Part shown: positions 38,769 through 48,470 of the stretch, one piece after another
Position numbering within the stretch: the stretch's first letter is position 1
Layout of the letters: each line of letters opens with the position of its first letter
Notes under the pieces: model-generated
What the model was told of the DNA's origin: nothing
Databases searched by the model: none
The model's input: the letters and a program-made list of their open reading frames with translations, nothing else
Program-made: the position numbers and the translations under genes
From: Candidatus Bathyarchaeia archaeon
GTDB lineage: Archaea; Thermoproteota; Bathyarchaeia; Bathyarchaeales; Bathycorpusculaceae
NCBI GenBank assembly: GCA_038727135.1
Contig: JAVYWL010000003.1
Span: 32,001-96,000, forward strand
Direction of reading: 5' to 3'
DNA length: 64,000 nucleotides

Positions 38769-40394
38769 ATGAGCTTCGAAGTAAAAGAAAGGGACTTGCT
38801 TGCCAGAATTGGGAAACTGCGAACAAAAAGCGGCACTATAGAGACTCCACTCCTTTTCCCCGTTATAAACCCGGCTATACAACCAATTCCGCCTAGAAGA
38901 ATCCGCGAGGATTTCGGCTTCGAAGCTCTAATAACTAACGCCTATATCCTAAAAAGGCGCTTCCAAAACCGGCCAGCCGAAAAGGGCTTGCACAGTTTTC
39001 TAGATTTTAAGGGCGTAATAATGACGGATTCTGGCGCCTACCAAATTTTGGTCTATGGAGATGTGGAAATCACCCCGGAAGAAATTGTAGATTACCAAGA
39101 GCGGATAAACACAGACATAGCCACAATACTTGATTGGCCGACCGGTTGGAGGGTTTCAAGGAAGCATGCGGAGCAAACAGTGAATGAAACGCTGAAAAGG
39201 GCAGCTGAACTTTTCAAGGTTAAAAAGAGGGAAGATATTCTCTGGGTTGGGCCTATTCAAGGCGGACGTTATCTGGATTTGGTAGCGATGTCAGCTTCGG
39301 AGATGGCTAAACTCCCATTCGACATTCACGCTTTAGGAAGCCCAACAGAGGTTATGGAAAACTACCGCTTCGACGTTTTAGTAGACATGATTTTGACAGC
39401 TAAAATGAACTTGCCCATTGAACGCCCCTTCCACCTTTTTGGCGCTGGACACCCCTTCATGTTTTCGTTGGCTGTTGCCCTAGGATGCGACTTTTTTGAC
39501 TCTGCAGCCTATGCCATCTACGCCAGAGAAAACCGTTACATGACAGAAACAGGAACTGTCAGACTTGAAGAGCTTGAGTTTTTCCCATGTGCATGCCCAA
39601 AATGTTCAAGTAAAAGCCCAAAGGATGTGGCTGAACTCCCAAGCAAAGAGAGGCAAGCCTTTATCGCGGAACACAACCTTCACATTTGCTCTGCTGAAAT
39701 TAAGCGGATAAAACAGGCGATAAAAGAAGGTAGACTTTGGGAGCATTTAGAGTTTAGGGCTCATGGGCATCCTGCACTTTTGCAGGCACTAAAAAAATTG
39801 AGAAAATACGAAAAGTTCATCGAAAGGCATAGCCCAACAGTAAAGCGTAGCGGACTTTTCTACTTCGATTCTGCTGGTTTAGTCCGCCCGGAGGTTGTAC
39901 GCCACAGAATAAGGCTTTCTGAGAGATATACTCCTCCAAGAGAAGCTGAAATTCTTATACTGATGCCCCAGACCAGAGCCAAGCCCTACCACAAATCTGA
40001 GGAATACAAAGGGCTGGTGAAAGCTCTTCAAGATTTTCCAAAGGAACGTTTAAATAAACTCCACATCTGTTTTTATGAAGCACCTTTCGGGGTAGTCCCA
40101 CTGGAACTTGATGAAGTTTATCCGCTTTCTCAGCATGAAACAGCTATGCCGCCGGACAAAGAGACCATAGAATATGTGGCTTCGCAAGTGGCGGATTACA
40201 TAAGCAGAACTAGTTACAGAATAGTGCTGTTACTTCGCAATGTTGAAGATTGGGGCGAAACTGTTCTGAAGGCATGCAAAAAGGCGTGTGTAGCCAAAGG
40301 CGTCGCTTTTAAATCTTTTAATATGGATTTTAATATGGATAAAAGATGGGTTAAACCCCTGTTAAACTTTTTAAAGAGAATACGGACAGACTAG
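38769..40394 (+). CDS. tgtA: Archaeosine tRNA-guanine(15) transglycosylase
   Basis: TDSGAYQ, HLFGAGHP, FDSAAY, CACPKC, HN. Confidence 0.93.
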   Translation: MSFEVKERDLLARIGKLRTKSGTIETPLLFPVINPAIQPIPPRRIREDFGFEALITNAYILKRRFQNRPAEKGLHSFLDFKGVIMTDSGAYQILVYGDVEITPEEIVDYQERINTDIATILDWPTGWRVSRKHAEQTVNETLKRAAELFKVKKREDILWVGPIQGGRYLDLVAMSASEMAKLPFDIHALGSPTEVMENYRFDVLVDMILTAKMNLPIERPFHLFGAGHPFMFSLAVALGCDFFDSAAYAIYARENRYMTETGTVRLEELEFFPCACPKCSSKSPKDVAELPSKERQAFIAEHNLHICSAEIKRIKQAIKEGRLWEHLEFRAHGHPALLQALKKLRKYEKFIERHSPTVKRSGLFYFDSAGLVRPEVVRHRIRLSERYTPPREAEILILMPQTRAKPYHKSEEYKGLVKALQDFPKERLNKLHICFYEAPFGVVPLELDEVYPLSQHETAMPPDKETIEYVASQVADYISRTSYRIVLLLRNVEDWGETVLKACKKACVAKGVAFKSFNMDFNMDKRWVKPLLNFLKRIRTD

Positions 40395-40405
40395 GGCGAA
40401 TAACC

Positions 40406-41011
40406 TTGATTCATGTAGACTTGCACATTCACACGATATTTTCGCCGGACGCTTCAATACACCCAAAAACTATAGTGGAGCAGCTTTTCGCCCACCCCCA
40501 CATAAAAGCGGCAGCAATAACAGACCACAACACTGTTAGAGGATACCACAAAGTGTTGGAGCTGGCTAAAGCTTACCCAGACATCCTCATCATTCCGGGC
40601 GTAGAAGTCAGCACCGTTGGCGGTGACCTTATCCTTTTAGGAGTCGCTGAAGTTCCACCCCAACCATGGACTGTTGAAAATGTCATAGATTTTGCCCATG
40701 AAAGAGGCGGCTTAGTGGTTGCAGCACATCCATATAGAGCCTTTGGTTTGGGCAATTCAGCCAAAAACTACGCGATTGATGCTGTTGAGGTTTTGAATGG
40801 TGGTTGCTCCCGACAACTAAACATGTTAGCCGAAGAATTAGCCAAGGCGATGGCTTTGCCCAGCGTGGCTGGAAGCGACGCCCATAGAGTAGACGAGCTT
40901 TGGACAGTTTACAACGAAATTCAAGCTTCAACAGATTTGGATGAAATTTTAAGGGCTATTAAACGTGGACTTGTTAGGGTAGCCCATACCGAAGAGTCAA
41001 TACATTTTTAA
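40406..41011 (+). CDS. PHP-domain phosphoesterase
   Basis: DLHIHT, TDHN, AHP, GSDAH. Confidence 0.9.
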   Translation: MIHVDLHIHTIFSPDASIHPKTIVEQLFAHPHIKAAAITDHNTVRGYHKVLELAKAYPDILIIPGVEVSTVGGDLILLGVAEVPPQPWTVENVIDFAHERGGLVVAAHPYRAFGLGNSAKNYAIDAVEVLNGGCSRQLNMLAEELAKAMALPSVAGSDAHRVDELWTVYNEIQASTDLDEILRAIKRGLVRVAHTEESIHF

Positions 41012-41043
41012 AACAGCTGCGCCAATGTTAAGTGCGTTAATGG

Positions 41044-42318
41044 TTGAAAGAGATGAGTCCTCTTCAAATAAAGTTTCTAGGTGCAACCCACGAGGTTGGT
41101 AGGGCAGCCATATCCGTCAAAACAGAAAAAACACAAGTTTTGCTAGACTACGGCGTAATGCTCAACCATGAGCCCGGCTTCCCAATGCATGTTCCACCAA
41201 AAGAAGTGGACGCAATAATTTTGGGACACAGCCACCTAGACCACTCCGGTGCAATCCCCATATTCTTCATTCAGGGGAGGAAAACCGTTTACGCGAATAG
41301 ACTTACAGCAGAGCTTAGCCAACTGCTAATTTCAGACTTCATACACCTTTCAAGCTACTATCTCCCATACGAGTATCTTGAACTAAGAACCATGATGAGG
41401 CACATTAGGCACCTGGATTTCGGCGTGAAAGAAACCGTGGGAGACATAACCTTCGAACTTCACAACGCTGGACACATCCCCGGAAGCGCACAAGTTCTCA
41501 TAGAGGCGGAGGGAAAAAGGGTACTATACACTGGTGACTTCAACTTGACAAATACAAGGCTTTTAGAGGGGGCGAAAATGAACTACGGTGACCTAGACGC
41601 AGTCATAATAGAAAGCACATACGCTGACGAGGATCACCCAGAGCGACCAGAACTCGAAAAGCAATTCGTTGAAGAAGTGACAGAAGTAGTAGAACGGGGC
41701 GGAACAGTTCTCATACCAGCCTTCAGCATTGGAAGATCCCAAGAAATTGCATGCATCCTCGCCGCCCACCATTTTGAGCATCCAGTTTATCTTGATGGGA
41801 TGGCGCGGGAAGCCAGCAGAATGATGATGAATCACATGCAATTCTTGAGGGATCCAAAACTGTTCATGGATGCCATCCACTCGGTCAATTGGGTGGAGGG
41901 CTGGCGGGACCGCAGAAAAGCCACAAAAATGCCTTGCGTAATAATCTCGCCAGCTGGCATGCTTAAGGGCGGTCCTGCAGCATTCTACATATCTAAAATT
42001 GGTAAAAAGGCGAATAACGCAGTTTTCCTCGTGAGCTACCAAATCCCCGGCACGCCTGGAAGAGAACTCCTAGAGAAAGGGGTATGCGTCATCGACGGGA
42101 AAATGCGAAAGGTTAAGGCTACAGTTAAACACTTTGACTTTTCATCCCATTGCGGTGCAAAAGAGCTTAAAGAAGCCGTGAAAAAGATTAACGGTAAGGC
42201 AAAATTCTATGTGATCCACGGCGCCGAGGGAAACTGCGAACTTCTTGCAAAATGGATAGAGAAAGAAGCCGGACTGGAGGCTGTGGCCCCCAGACCAGGA
42301 GACACATTTAAGGTTTAA
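41044..42318 (+). CDS. beta-CASP ribonuclease (aCPSF2-like)
   Basis: HSHLDH, AGHIPG, ESTY, FSSH, IHG. Confidence 0.9.
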   Translation: MKEMSPLQIKFLGATHEVGRAAISVKTEKTQVLLDYGVMLNHEPGFPMHVPPKEVDAIILGHSHLDHSGAIPIFFIQGRKTVYANRLTAELSQLLISDFIHLSSYYLPYEYLELRTMMRHIRHLDFGVKETVGDITFELHNAGHIPGSAQVLIEAEGKRVLYTGDFNLTNTRLLEGAKMNYGDLDAVIIESTYADEDHPERPELEKQFVEEVTEVVERGGTVLIPAFSIGRSQEIACILAAHHFEHPVYLDGMAREASRMMMNHMQFLRDPKLFMDAIHSVNWVEGWRDRRKATKMPCVIISPAGMLKGGPAAFYISKIGKKANNAVFLVSYQIPGTPGRELLEKGVCVIDGKMRKVKATVKHFDFSSHCGAKELKEAVKKINGKAKFYVIHGAEGNCELLAKWIEKEAGLEAVAPRPGDTFKV

Positions 42319-42323
42319 AGAAC

Positions 42324-42869
42324 ATGAAGATAGGAATTTTACGCATAGGGCAAGTTGACTCGAAAGTCCTAAACAGGATATGCGAAAACGTAAACATGGC
42401 GTTCCCAAAAACACAGTGCCAAGTAATCCGTGAAACTTTGACTTTGCCGCAAGAAGCCTTCGACAAAGTAAGGAAGCAGTACCGCTCAGACGTGATTTTA
42501 GGCTTAGTGGCAAGCTATGCAGAAAAAGCCAAAAACCTAAACCGTGTTTTAGGCGTGGTCGACGTCGATATTTATGTTCCAGGATTAAACTTTGTGTTTG
42601 GGGAGGCGGAATGTCCTGGAAAAGCGGCTCTCATATCTCTTTGGAGGCTTCGACCAGAATTTTATGGTGCCCCATCAAACTTTGAACTTTTCATCGAAAG
42701 GGGCACAAAAGAGGCTGTGCATGAAATTGGACACACTTTAGGCTTAACCCACTGTATGAATCCATTTTGTGTCATGTATTTTTCCAACACCATCTTTGAA
42801 ACAGACAGAAAGAAAGGTATATTTTGTAATACGTGTTACTCAAACATTGAAAAGTTTCTGCGAATTTAA
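42324..42869 (+). CDS. amzA: Archaemetzincin Zn metalloprotease
   Basis: HEIGHTLGLTHC-x4-CVM...FCNTC. Confidence 0.92.
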   Translation: MKIGILRIGQVDSKVLNRICENVNMAFPKTQCQVIRETLTLPQEAFDKVRKQYRSDVILGLVASYAEKAKNLNRVLGVVDVDIYVPGLNFVFGEAECPGKAALISLWRLRPEFYGAPSNFELFIERGTKEAVHEIGHTLGLTHCMNPFCVMYFSNTIFETDRKKGIFCNTCYSNIEKFLRI

Positions 42870-42897
42870 CAGATAAGTACTTTGTTCCTTAAATATT

Positions 42898-43010
42898 GGG
42901 GAATTTACCCAAGGGTTCGGTGAGTTTTAAGAGGGGAGAAAGGAGAGAAGGGAGTTCCAAAAATAGGAACTACCGAACCCTTTTGGGCTCCCCCTTCCTT
43001 TCTTTCAATG
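42898..43010. ncRNA. Candidate structured RNA or terminator region
   Basis: 11-bp perfect stem 42911-42921/42972-42982, inner hairpin 42953-42971, complementary purine and pyrimidine tracts. Confidence 0.35.
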
Positions 43011-43073
43011 GAAAAGGGAAAGAGAAGCACTAATATAAAAGCTTTTCTATAAAAAAATGCGTTTCATTAACAG

Positions 43074-44099
43074 CTAAACACGTTTTACAGCTCTAACAGT
43101 TCTTTCTAGGAGGAGTTGAGCTGCCTCTTGTGTTGGCCAACCACCGAGTCCGCAGTCTGGCCCTGTGAAGGTCATTCTTTCTCCAAATTTTTCCGTGGCG
43201 TTTTCGAATCTTTTTCTGATGGTTTTTTCGTCTTCGACAAGCTGTTCCATTTCTGGTTTTGTTATTCCCTTCTCATAGAGTTCTGCGATGATGGAGTCTA
43301 TGTCTGTTCTGGTTATTCCAACACGGATGAACTTATCCGTCTTTTCAAGCATACTTTTTGAAATGAATTCTAGGCTGCGGGGAGAGGCTGCATACTCTAT
43401 GGATACCGCATCCAGATTTGTAACATTTAAAATGTCCACTATTCTGGCTGGAGAGTGCATGTGAATGTGCCTTTGAACGTCGCCTTCAAAATTTAAGGCC
43501 TTTTCCAAGACCTCCACTATTGTTTCCGTGTCTGCTAATATTTCTTGAAAACCAAAACTCGGCTCGTCGAGGGCGACAACCTCCGTTTTTACGTATTTTG
43601 AGTTTAAAATGGCGTTTTTGACGAACCGCCTTACGGTTTCCGCAAACATAAATAGCACGTCCTTGTATAAGGTTGTTCCGATCTCTTTTAAGTAAAGCTC
43701 CAACGGACCAGTAACACAGACGCGAAGGGCAATCCTTTTTCCTATACCTTCGTAGATTCTTTTCGCCTCTTCGTTAATAACGTGTACTTCCGGTATGATG
43801 GCGTCTTTCTCTTCAACAATGTATGTGCCTCTTTCCATCGCCTTATGGATGGGTTCAGCGAACTGTCTATGTATATCATAATGTTGTGGATAGTTGACAA
43901 TATCCAAACCAGTTTTAAGTTTTCTAAAAAACGATTCTACTATAACTTCGTAGAAGTTTTTATATAGAAAAGGGTTCTCTTTCAAATTTTTTCCGTTGGC
44001 AACATGTTCTCTTGCCAGCTTATAAGCTTCACCAAACATTTTCCTTTCAATAGATTTGGGCAGAGGGAAGCTTCCTACGTCGTCAACAAGTACTTCCAT
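43074..44099 (-). CDS. Cobalamin-independent methionine synthase catalytic-domain family (core MetE-like)
   Basis: DDVGSFP, VTGP, DEP, HMH, GPDCGL. Confidence 0.75.
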   Translation of the reverse strand: MEVLVDDVGSFPLPKSIERKMFGEAYKLAREHVANGKNLKENPFLYKNFYEVIVESFFRKLKTGLDIVNYPQHYDIHRQFAEPIHKAMERGTYIVEEKDAIIPEVHVINEEAKRIYEGIGKRIALRVCVTGPLELYLKEIGTTLYKDVLFMFAETVRRFVKNAILNSKYVKTEVVALDEPSFGFQEILADTETIVEVLEKALNFEGDVQRHIHMHSPARIVDILNVTNLDAVSIEYAASPRSLEFISKSMLEKTDKFIRVGITRTDIDSIIAELYEKGITKPEMEQLVEDEKTIRKRFENATEKFGERMTFTGPDCGLGGWPTQEAAQLLLERTVRAVKRV

Positions 44100-44191
44100 G
44101 AGAGGAGACTATATACTTTTAACAATAAAAGTTAATCTGGAGGCTTAAATCTTAAGAGTAACAAATATAAGCGTGTTCCCTTCTGTGAACA

Positions 44192-45184
44192 TTGACTGGT
44201 GAGAGAATGCCGAGCGTATGGAAACTTCGTGCATCCATGATTGGAACATTAGCCCTAATAATAGGCTTATCCACGCTAGTGTTCACGCTAATCTTGAGCT
44301 TAATTGGTGTTATGGACATAATGGTTTTAGGAGTTTTAGTTGTAGCATTCAACGTGGGACAGTGGTTAATCTCCCCATACATTATTGACGCCCTTTACCG
44401 CACACGTGAAATACCCGAAAGCGAAAATCCAAAACTTCACCAGATAGTTGAAAATCTAAGTAGAAAAAGCGGCTTGAAAAAGCCAAGGCTGATGCTTGCC
44501 CAAATTCCAATTCCAAACGCCTTCGCGTATGGCTCGCCCATTGCTGGAAACCGTGTGGCTGTGACAAGCGGGCTTCTGAAAACTCTTGATGAGGGGGAGG
44601 TTGAAGCTGTTTTAGGTCATGAGCTTGGACACCTGAAGCATAGGGACGTGCAGATAATGATGTTTGTTTCGCTTCTTCCAGCGCTGTTCTACTACATTGG
44701 CTATTCACTTATAATCTCTTCTTCACTTATAATCTCTTCAATGTATGGCAGACGAAGAGAAGAAGGCGGCGGAACGGCAGCGTTAGGCTTTGGTTTCATG
44801 GCCTTTTCATGGATTTTAAACATGTTTATACTGTACCTGAGCCGTCTCCGTGAGTATTATGCTGATAGACACAGTGCATTAATAGTCGAAAATGGTACAC
44901 AAAAACTTTCGGAAGGACTAGCAAAAATAGTCTACGCAACCAGAAACATGGGAAATGCCAGAAAACAGGTGCAGCATCTAAATGCCTTCAAGGCTTTATT
45001 CATAACAGACCCGGACCGTGTGGAAACAGACTCGGCGGCATTAACAGCGGCATCCTCAGGCGACCAAAAACTAGTCCAAGAACTCCTGTCAAGGAGGCTG
45101 ACAACACTAGACCGAATAATCGAGATTTTCTCAACACACCCAAATATAGTAAAACGCTTAAGAGCTCTGCAAGAACTAAGCTAA
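44192..45184 (+). CDS. htpX: Zn metalloprotease HtpX
   Basis: PNAFA, HELGH, SRLREYYAD, STHP. Confidence 0.92.
   Translation: MTGERMPSVWKLRASMIGTLALIIGLSTLVFTLILSLIGVMDIMVLGVLVVAFNVGQWLISPYIIDALYRTREIPESENPKLHQIVENLSRKSGLKKPRLMLAQIPIPNAFAYGSPIAGNRVAVTSGLLKTLDEGEVEAVLGHELGHLKHRDVQIMMFVSLLPALFYYIGYSLIISSSLIISSMYGRRREEGGGTAALGFGFMAFSWILNMFILYLSRLREYYADRHSALIVENGTQKLSEGLAKIVYATRNMGNARKQVQHLNAFKALFITDPDRVETDSAALTAASSGDQKLVQELLSRRLTTLDRIIEIFSTHPNIVKRLRALQELS
44704..44739. repeat. Perfect 18-bp in-frame tandem duplication in htpX
   Basis: TTCACTTATAATCTCTTC x2, giving SLIISS-SLIISS. Confidence 0.9.
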
Positions 45185-45225
45185 ACTTCCTCCTTCCCAA
45201 TATTTAATAAAGAGCCACGTAAGGT

Positions 45226-46341
45226 TTACTGATAAACTTTGACTGGTTTTCCAAGGATTTTGTTGTTTAGCTCCTTTACTCCTAGTCCGTTAATTTTTGG
45301 AAATGTCCGCGTTGAGTCTCTGACTTTCGTTCCGCCTTTTGTAACCAGTTTGTCCTTGAGTAACAAGTCGGAGTCTAGGTCTGCGTACTGTATGTTTTTT
45401 ACTGCCGCGGCTAGGTGGGTTCCAGCTGCTATGCCTATTTCCGACTCTCCCATGCAGCCTATCATGCATGGTATTCCAGCGGCTTCGGCTATGGCGGCTA
45501 TTTTCTTGGCTTTGTGGATTCCCCCACTTTTCATCAACTTTATGTTTATCATGTCTACGGCTTCAGCTTTTATCAGTTGTAGGGCGTCTTCCGGCGAATG
45601 AACACTTTCATCTGCCATTATCGGTATAGTTGAGTTTCGCTTAACCTCCACTAGCCCTTTTAAGTCTTCTGCCGGGACTGGCTGTTCCGCGAATTGGATG
45701 TTAAACTTTTCAATTTTGTTTAGAACTTCTATGGCTTGCTTTGGCGTCCAACCTTGATTTGCGTCAATCCTTATCTGTATTTTTTCGCCGACTGCCTCGC
45801 GGATAAGCCTAATCCGTTCAATATCTTCTTCTGGGTTTACTCCAACCTTAACTTTTAGGGCTTTAAACCCTTTCTTAACGGCTTTAACCGCGTCTTTAGC
45901 CATTTCCTTTGGAGACTTTATGCTTAATGTGATGTCGGTTAGGACTTCGGTTCTGTAGCCACCCATAACCATGTAGAGGGGCTTTCGAACAGTCTTGCCT
46001 AAGATGTCGTGTAAGGCTATGTCTATGGCTGCCTTTGCCGAAGGGTTTCCAGCCACAATGGAATCCATAAGCTCAATGTTTTGTTCAATTCTTAAGGGGC
46101 ACATGCCAATAAGCCTAGGCGCAATCTTATCTAAGGCTTTGATGACGGTCTCCGCCGTTTCGCCAGTGACCCGCTCTGAAGGCGAAGACTCACCCCAGCC
46201 GTAAACGCCATAATCCGTAACTATTTTCACGACAACGTTGTGGCTTTCAGTGCTTGCGCCCGGAGCAATTCTGAAAGGTTCATGGTAAGCTAAAGTAACT
46301 GGATAAACCTCAATTTTTTGAATTCCCAAAGCTGCTTTCAC
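45226..46341 (-). CDS. Dipeptide epimerase (L-Ala-D/L-Glu epimerase, enolase superfamily)
   Basis: KVKVG, DANQG, EQP, DES, NIKLMK, DLD. Confidence 0.9.
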   Translation of the reverse strand: MKAALGIQKIEVYPVTLAYHEPFRIAPGASTESHNVVVKIVTDYGVYGWGESSPSERVTGETAETVIKALDKIAPRLIGMCPLRIEQNIELMDSIVAGNPSAKAAIDIALHDILGKTVRKPLYMVMGGYRTEVLTDITLSIKSPKEMAKDAVKAVKKGFKALKVKVGVNPEEDIERIRLIREAVGEKIQIRIDANQGWTPKQAIEVLNKIEKFNIQFAEQPVPAEDLKGLVEVKRNSTIPIMADESVHSPEDALQLIKAEAVDMINIKLMKSGGIHKAKKIAAIAEAAGIPCMIGCMGESEIGIAAGTHLAAAVKNIQYADLDSDLLLKDKLVTKGGTKVRDSTRTFPKINGLGVKELNNKILGKPVKVYQ

Positions 46342-46377
46342 CGCATGATAGTTTTCGCACTTTCTTGAAAAGTTTTA

Positions 46378-47670
46378 CTAAAGTTCTTCTGCTGTTTTTC
46401 GCCGTCCTATTCCCATTCTCTTGAACTTTATTTTTGCCGTTAGAATTTTCTCCGTTGCGAAAAGCCTTGAGGCTGCATACATAACTATTATCGTGAAGGC
46501 TAAAACATAGATTATGCCTAACGCCGCGGTCCAATAGTCGCCCATTATGACGGCTTTTGAGGCTATTATTGGATGGCTAAATGGAATAGCATAAAAAAGA
46601 ATTCTTAGCGCCAATGGTAAGGTGTTGATGTCCAAGTATATTAGGGCGAAGGATGGGAGAAATATAAGCGGGTAAATGTAGCCCACAAAGGATTGGGCGC
46701 TTCGAACATCCTCAGCGAAGGCAGACATTATAACAGCCAAAGCCAAAGCTGAAAGCATCGTAACAAAGAGGGATACACCCAAGAGCAGATAGCCATGAAA
46801 AGAAGGCGTAAGCCCCAAGGCAGCCAAATCCAAGTTTATGTTGGCTGGAATCCCAGACATAGCTGAGCCCAACAAATAGCTGTAGCCAGCCATATAAGCC
46901 ACAGCGCCAACAGCGGCAACAATAATTGAACCGGAAAGCTTCCCCAAAAGAATTGAAAGGCGATCCATAGGAAGAGTTAACAGCGTTTCAAGTGTCTTCT
47001 CCTCCTTTTCCATAGCTACCGAAGTGGCAGCTATCTGCACCGAATAAGTAAGCAAAATCATAATCGTAATGGGGAGAGCAATAGACTGGGACATAAGCAG
47101 ACCAGAAAGCATGGTTGGGTCAATGCCGGGCTTAACTTCGCCCTTTATAATTGCTGACTTTTCAACTGCCACGACATTTGGGGCAACCTGCCTGTTAAAC
47201 TGTTCAATGAAAGCATCGATCATTGACGAGCCAAACCCCTCGAAAGCGCCCACTGTAGAAAGCGCTCCATAAAACTTCAACTTAATGTTCACGTTTTGCC
47301 CGCTAAGGTATGCATTAATAGTATCATTAAAGCCGTTAGGAATTTCGAGGATTTGTGTGACATTATATTTTGAAAGTAACCTTGTTATGTTTTCACCGTT
47401 CAATGCAACGTTGCTTTCTTTGAAAACGTTAACACCCATCGCCTGAAGCGCGTCTGTGAAATTCTTAGCCCAGTATCCTCCATCGTTATCCACAACAACG
47501 AGGGCGGCTTTTGCTGCCCTTTCCTGCGCGGATTTCGTTGCATAGTTTATGACTCCGCCCAAAACTGGAAACATTACTAGGGGGACAATTATCATTCCTA
47601 AGAGGATTTTTGGGTCTCTTACAAGCTCTTTAAGCTCTTTTAATAGGAAGTTGCCAAATCCCCTAAGCAA
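46378..47670 (-). CDS. ABC-2 permease (NatB-like)
   Basis: EKEEKTLETLLTLP motif; multiple TM helices. Confidence 0.88.
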   Translation of the reverse strand: MLRGFGNFLLKELKELVRDPKILLGMIIVPLVMFPVLGGVINYATKSAQERAAKAALVVVDNDGGYWAKNFTDALQAMGVNVFKESNVALNGENITRLLSKYNVTQILEIPNGFNDTINAYLSGQNVNIKLKFYGALSTVGAFEGFGSSMIDAFIEQFNRQVAPNVVAVEKSAIIKGEVKPGIDPTMLSGLLMSQSIALPITIMILLTYSVQIAATSVAMEKEEKTLETLLTLPMDRLSILLGKLSGSIIVAAVGAVAYMAGYSYLLGSAMSGIPANINLDLAALGLTPSFHGYLLLGVSLFVTMLSALALAVIMSAFAEDVRSAQSFVGYIYPLIFLPSFALIYLDINTLPLALRILFYAIPFSHPIIASKAVIMGDYWTAALGIIYVLAFTIIVMYAASRLFATEKILTAKIKFKRMGIGRRKTAEEL

Positions 47671-48406
47671 GCTTCACCACCCTTGCAAAAACCTCTTCCA
47701 AGTTTGTGCTCCCAAACTTTTCCTTCAGTTCTTTGGGTTCTCCATCGGCGACTACCCTGCCCCTGTTTATTAGGGCAACCCTATCACATAGGTATTCAAC
47801 CTCAAGCATGTTGTGGCTTGAAAGAAGAACAGTCACGCCATGCCTTTTAACATAGCTTTTAATTATTTCCCTAACATGGTAGGAGTGAAGCACGTCCAAA
47901 CCGCTTGTAGGCTCGTCAAGGATAGCCAACTTCGGCTTGAGCATTAAGGCTCTGGCAACGAGAAGACGACGCTTCATCCCCTTACTATAAGTTTTGGTTT
48001 TATCCTTCAGTCTTTCTCCTAAACCAGAGATTTCGGCAGCCTCCATAACCATTTTACGGGCTTCGGCCTTGTCGCTTGTATGAAATCTTGCCATAAACTC
48101 AAGATACTCCAAACCAGAAAGATAACGGTAAGCACCAGCTTCTTCAGGAAGATAAGAGATTACTCGGCGAACATCAGCCGCATTTTGCACCACGTCATAT
48201 CCAAAAACCTTAACAGCACCAGAAGTTGGCACAAGCAGCGTTGAGACTATCCGCAGAGCAGTGGTTTTACCAGCCCCGTTAGGACCAATAAGCCCGAAAA
48301 CCTCGCCTGGCTTAACGCTGAAACTTAATCCGTCTAAAGCGTGAATATTACCAAAAACTTTGGTAACGTTGTAGGCTTCGACAGCCAACATTATGAAACC
48401 TCTCAT
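47663..48406 (-). CDS. ABC ATPase (NatA-like)
   Basis: GPNGAGKTT, YSKGMK, DEPTSGLD. Confidence 0.92.
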   Translation of the reverse strand: MRGFIMLAVEAYNVTKVFGNIHALDGLSFSVKPGEVFGLIGPNGAGKTTALRIVSTLLVPTSGAVKVFGYDVVQNAADVRRVISYLPEEAGAYRYLSGLEYLEFMARFHTSDKAEARKMVMEAAEISGLGERLKDKTKTYSKGMKRRLLVARALMLKPKLAILDEPTSGLDVLHSYHVREIIKSYVKRHGVTVLLSSHNMLEVEYLCDRVALINRGRVVADGEPKELKEKFGSTNLEEVFARVVKLA

Positions 48407-48470
48407 AAACGTTTACAAACAACCTTAAAATAATTGCTATTCAGTTGCACGCCTAATGGCTTCTATGCGC

